Assembly: GCF_001017655.1 (NCBI RefSeq)
Contig: NZ_CP010904.1
Span: 2,700,001 to 2,732,000, forward strand
Length of the DNA: 32,000 nucleotides
Reading direction: 5' to 3'
Source: Kiritimatiella glycovorans
GTDB taxonomy: Bacteria > Verrucomicrobiota > Kiritimatiellia > Kiritimatiellales > Kiritimatiellaceae
The position numbers and the translations under genes were made by a program. How positions within the stretch are numbered: the first letter of the stretch is position 1; each line of letters opens with the position of its first letter. Shown one piece after another: positions 17,863 to 24,525 of this stretch. Below the pieces are notes generated by a model. It did not search any database, was not told the origin of the DNA, and saw nothing but the letters and a program-made list of their open reading frames with translations.

Positions 17863-18696
17863 CTAGCCTTCAGTGTGGCCTTCACCCCACCAGAACTCCG
17901 CAAAATCACGGCCGGCCCGTGCGCTGAGCCGTTCGACTTCCGCCCTGTAGCGGTCCCGCCACGAATCGCGCTCCGCCGGATCGAGTTCGGGCGCCTCAAT
18001 TCTTCTCCCCCAGAGCTGCTTTAGCTTCCGGCGCACCATGTTCCCGATCCGGCCCGGAATCAGAGCCTGCAGATTCCGCAGACCTCGCAGAGGTTCGGGG
18101 AGCGCGAACAGATCGTCCCCGGCATTTTCATGCGGCAGAGGCGTCAGATGGTCTCCGATGGAGAGAAATGAACATAGTTCGCGCTGTACTTTTTCGGGAT
18201 TACGCAGGAGATCTTCGAGGGCGATAATTTTCCAACGGGACCACGCACTCACTGCGCGATACTGCTCGACCTGATGCGCATACCGTCCACAGTCAAACAG
18301 CGCGGGACACCGCTCCACCGCCTCGTCGAGACTCAGCCCCTCCGGAATCCAGCGGTAATAGACGGCGTGGCGGTAGTGGGAAATCAGCCGTTCCACGGGA
18401 TCACGCACCATGTAGATGTACCGGATATCGCCAAGGGTCTCATGGATCCGCTGCGGCACGTCCGCGATGTGAGGATGCCAAGTGTAGGCGGTCGACGCCT
18501 CTCCAACCGCCTTCTTCCCTTCTGCGCTCTCGAAGAGCGACGCGTACCATGCGAGACCGCGGCCCCGGCTGGGATGCGAGAAATAACGCGGCTCCTTGGG
18601 TTCGCACATGAACACGTCCGGATGCTGCGCCAGTATGGACGCCAGGGTCGTGGTGCCCGCTTTTTCGGCGCCGACGATCAGAAAGTTGGGGAGCAT
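17863..18696 (-). CDS. Sulfotransferase (PAPS-dependent, Sulfotransfer_1-like)
   Basis: ORF 17863..18759 begins at a TTG. The ATG at 18696 gives MLPNFLIVGAEKAGTTTL, placing the 5'-PSB loop directly at the N-terminus as in homologues. The 3'-PB motif is 'YMVRDPVERLISHY'. Confidence 0.85.
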   Translation of the reverse strand: MLPNFLIVGAEKAGTTTLASILAQHPDVFMCEPKEPRYFSHPSRGRGLAWYASLFESAEGKKAVGEASTAYTWHPHIADVPQRIHETLGDIRYIYMVRDPVERLISHYRHAVYYRWIPEGLSLDEAVERCPALFDCGRYAHQVEQYRAVSAWSRWKIIALEDLLRNPEKVQRELCSFLSIGDHLTPLPHENAGDDLFALPEPLRGLRNLQALIPGRIGNMVRRKLKQLWGRRIEAPELDPAERDSWRDRYRAEVERLSARAGRDFAEFWWGEGHTEG

Positions 18697-18766
18697 AGCA
18701 GGGGTGACTTTCGGCTCGTTAAGACCGGTTTCAGCAGGGCGCCACGCCCGTGCACGCAAAAGATTT

Positions 18767-19000
18767 CACCACGGATGGCACCGATCGCACGGATGAGATA
18801 CGGCATTGGAACGTGAACGGGGCGGGCAAATCCCGCCGGCCCGGCATTACGGGCCGGGGCTGCTCGATACGCGGGAAGCCGCAAACCCGTTTGCGGCTTC
18901 CCGCGTATCGAACAACCCGTCCCCGTTCACGTTTCCTTTGCGTCCCCGCATCTCTGCGCGAGGCCTATTTCTTATCCGTGCCATCCGGGCAATCCGTGGT
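18767..19000. repeat. Intergenic repeat copy A: complete palindromic unit with inverted triple-iteron ends
   Basis: The left end is ACCACGGAT GGCACCGAT CGCACGGAT (18769..18795). The right end is ATCCGTGCC ATCCGGGCA ATCCGTGGT (18974..19000). The inverted internal blocks are GGAACGTGAACGGGG and CCCCGTTCACGTTTCC. Small GC hairpins occur at 18821..18837 and 18842..18859. Confidence 0.85.
18865..18910. repeat. 46-bp perfect palindrome at the centre of copy A
   Basis: CGATACGCGGGAAGCCGCAAAC (18865..18886), then cc, then GTTTGCGGCTTCCCGCGTATCG (18889..18910). The arms are exact reverse complements, checked base by base. Confidence 0.9.
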
Positions 19001-19921
19001 TCTCCCGACCAGATGCTTCAACCCCGCCGCCAGGTCGCACTCCGGACGAAATCCGAATGCGGACCCGATGGCGTCAATCGCGGCGACGGAATGCCGGATA
19101 TCACCCTCGCGCGGCGGTTCAAAGCGGGGTTGGACCTCGCGGTCGAAAATGTTCGCGAGGACATCGATCAATTTCAGCAGCGAGGTCTCGCGGCCTGTAC
19201 CCACATTGTAGATCCCGAAAGATGCGCCGGGGGCGGCGTCCATAGCCATCAGATTCGCGCGGACCACATCGCCGACATAAATGAAATCGCGGCCCTGTGT
19301 GCCATCCCCGAAAATGACCGGTTTATCATCCCGCTGCAGAGCGTCCGCGAAACGCGAGATCACGCCGGAATACGGCGACGACGGATCCTGTCGCGGGCCA
19401 TAGACGTTGAAGTAGCGCAGCGAGACGCCCTCCATCCCATACATTGCCGCGTAGGTCTTCAGTTCGTATTCCGAAGCGAGCTTGGCCACGGCATAGGGGG
19501 TGATCGGATCGGGATTCATCGTTTCGCGCTTAGGCAGCGTCGGCTCGTTGCCGTACACCGCCGCGGACCCGGCCATCACCATGCGCCGCACACCGTTTTC
19601 GCGCGCCGCTTCCAGCAGATTGACGGTGCCGGTCAGGTTGATGTCATGGTTGTCCCGGGGACGACGGATCGAATCCGCCACGGAGACCAGTGCCGCCTCA
19701 TGGAAGATGCCGTCGCATCCCGCGGACGCGCGAAGACACGTATCCGGATCGCGGATGTCCCCCTCGATGAATTCGATTCGGTCGCGCACGCGCGCCAGGT
19801 TCTCGAGGTGTCCCGAGGACAGATCGTCGAGCACCACGACCGAATCTCCGCGATCGACCAGGGCGTCGACCAGATGAGAGCCGATGAAGCCCGCACCGCC
19901 GGTTATGAGATATTTTTTCAT
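18965..19921 (-). CDS. NAD-dependent epimerase/dehydratase (extended SDR), WbpP/TviC/GalE-like UDP-HexNAc(A) 4-epimerase
   Basis: 318 aa with 'ITGGAGFIGSHL' (GxxGxxG) and the catalytic 'PYAVAKLASE' (YxxxK). The overall order of motifs matches UDP-sugar 4-epimerases. The last 11 codons (TTDCPDGTDKK) and the stop lie inside repeat copy A. Confidence 0.85.
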   Translation of the reverse strand: MKKYLITGGAGFIGSHLVDALVDRGDSVVVLDDLSSGHLENLARVRDRIEFIEGDIRDPDTCLRASAGCDGIFHEAALVSVADSIRRPRDNHDINLTGTVNLLEAARENGVRRMVMAGSAAVYGNEPTLPKRETMNPDPITPYAVAKLASEYELKTYAAMYGMEGVSLRYFNVYGPRQDPSSPYSGVISRFADALQRDDKPVIFGDGTQGRDFIYVGDVVRANLMAMDAAPGASFGIYNVGTGRETSLLKLIDVLANIFDREVQPRFEPPREGDIRHSVAAIDAIGSAFGFRPECDLAAGLKHLVGRTTDCPDGTDKK

Positions 19922-20111
19922 TTACTCTCGCGAAGGCGCAAAGTTCGCAGAGGAATCAAATCCCGGATGTTACCGGGGCGGAGAAAACCTGCAAACGGGT
20001 TTGCGGGCTTTCCGCGTATCGAGCAGCCCTTCCCCGTTCACGTTTCTTTTGCGTCCCTGCGTCTCTGCGCGAGGCTTATTTCTTATCCGTGCCATCCGGA
20101 CAATCCGTGGT
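19922..20111. repeat. Intergenic repeat copy B (leader module + central hairpin + CCCCGTTCACGTT block + triple iteron)
   Basis: It fills nearly the whole gap between the epimerase ATG (19921) and the wecB stop (20121). The leader module is CTCTCGCGAAGGCGCAAAGTTCGCAGAGGAATCAAATCCCGG. The hairpin is GCAAACGGGTTTGC. The iterons are ATCCGTGCC ATCCGGACA ATCCGTGGT (20085..20111). Confidence 0.85.
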
Positions 20112-20120
20112 CGTCCCCGA

Positions 20121-21260
20121 TTAAGTCCTGTTTTCCAATTCCGTCACGATGCGCTCCGCGGTTTTGCCGTCCCAGAGCGGGGGGCGATGGCCGCGCCGTT
20201 CCATGTTCAGGAACGTATCGAGAGCCGAGGTGATCTTTTCCGGATCGGGACCGGTCAGCTCGGAGACGCCGCCGTTTTCGACGAGCGTGACGGGCCGCTC
20301 GGTATTCTCCCGCATGGTGATACAGGGGGTGCCGAGCACACAGCACTCCTCCTGCAGCCCCCCGCTGTCGGTCAGCATCAGCCGCGCGCTCATGTTCAGC
20401 TTCAGCATCGCGTGATATCCCACGGGCCGGATCAGGATCAGGCGATCGTCCGCAAGCAGCTCGTCCCAGAGTCCGAAGGTCTCCAGGCGGTTCCGGGTGC
20501 GGGGGTGAATCGACCACACCAGCGGCATCTTCGAAGCTACCTCCTCGCGCAGGCAGCGGACCAGCGGCTCGAGTACTTCGCGCGAATCGACGTTCGACGG
20601 TCGATGCATCGTCATGACGGCGAAGGAGCCGTCATCCACCGGCGTCTTCAGATCCGGATCGATCGCATGGGAGGTGAGGATGTCATTCAGATCGAGGGCT
20701 TCGGCCCGGGCGCGATGGGCCTCGAGGGTATCGATCATGATGTTGCCGACGAAGCGGATGCGCTCCTCTTCCGCACCTTCGCGCCGGAGATTTTCGCCGG
20801 AGAGTTCGTCGGGGGTGAGCAACAGATTGGAAACGCGGTCGGTTACCATCCGGTTGATCTCCTCCGGCATCCGCTCGTCGAACGACCGCAGACCGGCCTC
20901 GATGTGCGCGACTCGGACGTGGTGTTTGCGCGCGGTGATCGAACAGGCGCAGGTGGCGTTGACATCGCCCACCACCACGACCCAGTCCGGCCGGCGTTCC
21001 AGCAGGACCTTCTCGAAGGCGATCATCGTCCGCCCCACCTGTTCGGCGTGTGATCCCGATCCGATTTCGAGATCGACATCCGGCGTAGGGATATTCAGCG
21101 CCTCGAAAAAGGAATGATACATCTCCGGGTCGTAGTGCTGACCCGTATGCACCAGGAAATGCTCGATCCGGTCGTCCTCCCGCTCGATGGCGTGGGCGAA
21201 CGGCGCGATTTTCATGAAATTGGGGCGCGCCCCGACGACGGACATTATTTTCAGCGACAT
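20121..21260 (-). CDS. wecB: UDP-N-acetylglucosamine 2-epimerase (non-hydrolysing)
   Basis: 379 aa with 'VVGARPNFMKIAP', 'VHTGQHYDPEM' and 'LEIGSGSHAEQ', all hallmark WecB/MnaA motifs. Confidence 0.9.
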   Translation of the reverse strand: MSLKIMSVVGARPNFMKIAPFAHAIEREDDRIEHFLVHTGQHYDPEMYHSFFEALNIPTPDVDLEIGSGSHAEQVGRTMIAFEKVLLERRPDWVVVVGDVNATCACSITARKHHVRVAHIEAGLRSFDERMPEEINRMVTDRVSNLLLTPDELSGENLRREGAEEERIRFVGNIMIDTLEAHRARAEALDLNDILTSHAIDPDLKTPVDDGSFAVMTMHRPSNVDSREVLEPLVRCLREEVASKMPLVWSIHPRTRNRLETFGLWDELLADDRLILIRPVGYHAMLKLNMSARLMLTDSGGLQEECCVLGTPCITMRENTERPVTLVENGGVSELTGPDPEKITSALDTFLNMERRGHRPPLWDGKTAERIVTELENRT

Positions 21261-21310
21261 AGATTGATGCCTTTCTGCGCGGGTTTTATTTAACCACGAG
21301 CAGTTGCCTT

Positions 21311-21420
21311 TTTCATTTGCTCTCGCGAAGGCGCAAAGTTCGCAAAGGAATCAAATCCCGGATGTGAACAAGGCGGGCGGGAACTCTTTCTTATCCGTGT
21401 CATCCGGGCCATCCGTGGTT
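21311..21420. repeat. Intergenic repeat copy C (internally deleted: leader module joined directly to the iteron end)
   Basis: TTTCATTTGCTCTCGCGAAGGCGCAAAGTTCGCAAAGGAATCAAATCCCGGATG...CTTTCTT ATCCGTGTC ATCCGGGCC ATCCGTGGT (iterons 21393..21419). It lacks the central hairpin and the CCCCGTTCACGTT block. Confidence 0.8.
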
Positions 21421-21445
21421 CTCCCCGCTTCTGTCCCGTGGGCGT

Positions 21446-22570
21446 CTAATCGCCACAAACCAAATCGCGCCAGTTCTCTTCGGAGACCATCAGGGTCTGA
21501 GCTTCGGGGTACGCCCTGGTAAAGGTTTTGGGGATGCCTCCGCGTCCCGGGCGTCGTTTGATCTCGGCCGCCCTCATCATGTCCGGGGATTCTTCGACGT
21601 AATCGATCTCCTGCTGCTGATAGGTGCGCCAGTACCAGCTTCGTCGCGGCAGACCGTGGTTCTTCAGGGTTTTCATCCTTTCCGCGATCAGGAAATTCTC
21701 CCAGAGCGCACCGGCATCGGACCTCGTTTGCAGCGGAGCGAAGTTATTGAGCACGGCATTACGGACCCCGGTGTCCCAGAAATAGATCTTGCGCATCTTC
21801 TTCAGTTCGTTGCGGAGGTTGCGGCTGAACGGGGTCAGGCGAAAGACCACGAAGGCCTGTTCCAGGATCCGGATATAGGTTTCCACCGTGCCCTGATCCA
21901 GCCCGACCAGTCCGGCCAGTTCGCGGTAAGAGACCTCCGATGCGATCTGGAGGGCGAGGGCCGAAACCAGCTTCTCCAAGGCCTCCGGGTGGCGAATCGA
22001 ACCCAGCACCAGGATATCCTTGTAGAGATAGCTGGCCGCGATTTCCCGCAGCCGCTCGCCGGCCTCGGCCTCCCCCGACAACGCCGGCTCCGGATACATC
22101 CCGTATACGACGCTTTTGGACCGCAGCCGATCCGTTTCCAGCGCACCCCTCGCCCGCTCTATTTCCTCCAAAGAAAAGGGAGGGAGAAAAAACTCGAATT
22201 TTCGCCCCGTCAGCGGCTCTTTCAGGCGATCCGCGAGTTCGAAACTCGACGACCCCGTCGCCAGCACCTGAATCTGCGGGAAACTGTCCACCAGGAGCTT
22301 CAGCGTCAGGCCGACATTCTCGATGCGCTGCGCCTCATCGATCACGACCAGCGACGCATCCCCGATCAGGCTCTTCAATTCGGAGGAGGTGCGACCGGCA
22401 AACCTGCTCCGTATGTCGGGCTCATCCGCGTTGAAGTACACCCCGCCGCGCCTGTCCAGAAGATCGCGGACAAGGGTCGTCTTACCGGTCTGGCGAGCCC
22501 CGTAGAGGAGAATCGCTTTGCCCTTGAAAAGCCGCGATTCAAGCCTGTTTATGACAATTCTATTGATCAC
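21446..22570 (-). CDS. AAA+ ATPase (AAA_14 + DUF4143-type ATP-binding protein), orphan
   Basis: 374 aa with a GTG start (the preceding in-frame codon triplet is a stop). Walker A is 'GARQTGKTTL' and Walker B is 'LVVIDEAQ'. The C-terminal half has the DUF4143-like organisation. No partner gene is present. Confidence 0.8.
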   Translation of the reverse strand: MINRIVINRLESRLFKGKAILLYGARQTGKTTLVRDLLDRRGGVYFNADEPDIRSRFAGRTSSELKSLIGDASLVVIDEAQRIENVGLTLKLLVDSFPQIQVLATGSSSFELADRLKEPLTGRKFEFFLPPFSLEEIERARGALETDRLRSKSVVYGMYPEPALSGEAEAGERLREIAASYLYKDILVLGSIRHPEALEKLVSALALQIASEVSYRELAGLVGLDQGTVETYIRILEQAFVVFRLTPFSRNLRNELKKMRKIYFWDTGVRNAVLNNFAPLQTRSDAGALWENFLIAERMKTLKNHGLPRRSWYWRTYQQQEIDYVEESPDMMRAAEIKRRPGRGGIPKTFTRAYPEAQTLMVSEENWRDLVCGD

Positions 22571-22694
22571 GATCTACTATTTATATATAAATTATAGAAT
22601 ATGATCAATATATTTATTTAACCAGTAGAGTAGAGAGGGAGCCACGGGATGAGAGGCTTAGAGCCAATGACCGCGGACTGCCCTCCCCCTCGTC

Positions 22695-22727
22695 GAACCG
22701 GACATGCGGATTTCCCGCATCCGGCTC
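22695..22727 (-). ncRNA. Group II intron domain V
   Basis: The minus strand reads GAGCCGGATGCGGGAAATCCGCATGTCCGGTTC. This has the two-helix hairpin with a GAAA tetraloop and matches the canonical domain V pattern (GAGCCGUAU...GAAA...GUACGGUUC). Confidence 0.75.
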
Positions 22728-22753
22728 TCGCGGAAGGCATTTGTTGGATGGTT

Positions 22754-24085
22754 TCACAGGTAGATCAGTCCCATGTTCTTGAAATGCGCGTAGTAGCTCA
22801 TACCTTCAGGGGGCCAGTAGCCGCGCTGACTGCGTCGTTTCGCATGTCGCGTGAGACGCTGTCGCACGTATCCATTGACGTGGCGGAATGCCACACGCGG
22901 ATAACCCAGCGAGAAGTAGTTTGCCCATCCTCGCATTTGCATGTTGAGTTCGTCGATCACCGTCGGCAGAGGTTTGAAGCATTGTTCCGGTCCGGTCATC
23001 TCCCGAAGCCGATCACGTTCCCGTTGGAGCGCTTTCCGCGACGGTGTCAGGTTCCAGTACCGGCACGGGCGTCCGCCGAGGTCCCGGTCATAGCGGAAGC
23101 TATATCCGAGAAAGTCCAGCGTCTGCCCCGGTTCCCGAGCATCGAGTATCCGGGTCTTGTCCCGGTTGATCTTCAGCCCGAGCCACCCTTCTATCTTGGC
23201 TTCGATGAACGCTTCGAGTTGCGGACCGATATACCGGGCGAGGACCACGAAGTCATCGGCGTACCTCACCAGTTTGGCCTTCGCCCACCGTGCCGGTCCG
23301 TCTTTGCGGTAAAACACCGCATCGAACCAGTGCAGATAGATGTTGGCCAGAAGCGGCGAAATGACCCCGCCTTGCGGCGTGCCCTTGTCGTTGCGCTTCA
23401 CGGTCGGCGGTTTGCCTTTCTCCGTTTCCTCTACCGGCGCTTTCAGCCACATTCGGATCAGCTTCAGCACGGACCGGTCGGTGACACGCATCTGCACACA
23501 AGCGATGAGCTTGTCGTGTGGAATACTGTCGAAATAGCCGGCCAGATCCGCATCATAAACCGCACACCGCCCTTGCCGGAGCTCCTGTCCAATCGCCTTC
23601 AACGCATCATGCGCCGAGCGCTCAGGCCGGAACCCATGGGAGCAGTCCTTGAAGTCAGCTTCAAAGATCGGTTCCAATATCAGAACCGTAGCGGTCTGCA
23701 CGACCCGATCCCGCACCGAGGGTATTCCCAAGGGACGGAGTTTCCCGTTCACCTTCTGGATGTAGACCCGCCGCACTTTTCCAGCACGGTAGGTTCGATC
23801 CTTCAGGCTGCGTTCAATATCCGCCAGGAAGGCTTCGACTCCTCCTTGACTCTGTTCGATGTCCTCGATGGTCACACCATCGGGGCCTTCTTTTCCGCCG
23901 TTGGCGCGTACATGTTTCCATGCCGCCAGCAGAGTGTCGGCCCGGCCAATGTGGCCATAGAGACTGTAGAAGCGAAACCGCTTCTCCTGTTTGGCCTTCT
24001 GACTCAGCTTCTGTCTCAGCGCGGCGAGTTTCGGCGGCAAGAGTCTGTCGTCAATGCGATAGTACTCCGTCGCTTCTTCTGTCAT
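22754..24085 (-). CDS. Group II intron reverse transcriptase/maturase (no endonuclease domain evident)
   Basis: ORF 22754..24097 (TTG); the first ATG is at 24085 (MTEEATEYY). RT motifs are '[16 protein letters not shown]' and the catalytic '[10 protein letters not shown]'. The maturase (X) region has 'MRGWANYF'. The protein ends soon after X, with no HNH-type Cys/His motifs. Confidence 0.9.
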   Translation of the reverse strand: MTEEATEYYRIDDRLLPPKLAALRQKLSQKAKQEKRFRFYSLYGHIGRADTLLAAWKHVRANGGKEGPDGVTIEDIEQSQGGVEAFLADIERSLKDRTYRAGKVRRVYIQKVNGKLRPLGIPSVRDRVVQTATVLILEPIFEADFKDCSHGFRPERSAHDALKAIGQELRQGRCAVYDADLAGYFDSIPHDKLIACVQMRVTDRSVLKLIRMWLKAPVEETEKGKPPTVKRNDKGTPQGGVISPLLANIYLHWFDAVFYRKDGPARWAKAKLVRYADDFVVLARYIGPQLEAFIEAKIEGWLGLKINRDKTRILDAREPGQTLDFLGYSFRYDRDLGGRPCRYWNLTPSRKALQRERDRLREMTGPEQCFKPLPTVIDELNMQMRGWANYFSLGYPRVAFRHVNGYVRQRLTRHAKRRSQRGYWPPEGMSYYAHFKNMGLIYL

Positions 24086-24525
24086 AGGTTTCACCAATCA
24101 GTCCCCCGCGCTTCTTACTCAGCTCGTCTTCCGCCGAGACCCCTTCGCTCCACGGGCATTACCCCGCTTCATCACTACTACGAGCCTCTCCGACTCCCGC
24201 ACGCGATCACCCCCGAGGTTATTGATTCCCCCACGGGCTTGTCGGCTTACCCGACATCACGGCGGGCCTCCCAAGTTCCTGGCTGTTCTTTCTGCGCGCG
24301 CCGTCTCTTGTTACCCCGGAGGGCCTTGCCGGTGCATATGACCGTTCCTTCCCGACAAGTGCTGGCTTCATCATATCCGATAGGCTGGCCGCCCTCGACT
24401 TGTGTAACGAGGCTGAATCAAGTTCGCTTTCGCTACGGCTCGCGCGTTCGCCTTCCCAGGCTTCGACGCCGGGGTTACCCCCGATCACCGCTGGGTCGGC
24501 TACATGTGCAACGATCAATTCACAC

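Larger units (their letters stand above)
22625..24525 (-). mobile_element. Group II intron (about 1.9 kb; ribozyme plus intron-encoded RT/maturase)
   Basis: On the minus strand the 5' end reads GTGTGAATTGATCG starting at 24525 (consensus GUGYG). About 430 nt of structured GC-rich sequence precede the RT ORF. Domain V lies 27 nt after the ORF stop. The 3' end is approximate: it falls between 22625 and 22650, and the ...CTCTCTACTCTAC end chosen here puts an A 7 nt from the end. Confidence 0.75.

Noticed and set aside
18806-20233. 475-aa plus-strand ORF, plus similar long plus-strand ORFs (2749..3951, 21656..22597, 22649..24553, 29346..31382 and others).
   Set aside because: They lie antisense to minus-strand genes with clear family motifs (epimerase, heparinase-like, ATPase, RT, sat/cysC). 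Their products are Arg/Pro/Gly-rich and low in complexity with no recognisable motifs. These are typical shadow ORFs of high-GC DNA.
18697-21445. Search for a JUMPStart/ops element (GGCGGTAG) expected upstream of long polysaccharide operons.
   Set aside because: I did not find the 8-bp ops motif on the transcribed (minus) strand in any of the leader regions. The nearest look-alike (GGGGCGGAG in the leader module) is on the wrong strand and does not match.
22754-24097. Reverse transcriptase considered as a retron, DGR or defence-associated (UG/DRT/Abi) RT, given the neighbouring TA systems and ATPase.
   Set aside because: A canonical group II intron domain V follows the ORF and a GTGTG 5' end lies about 430 nt upstream. 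The protein also has the maturase X-domain motif (RGWANYF). All of this indicates an ordinary intron-encoded protein.
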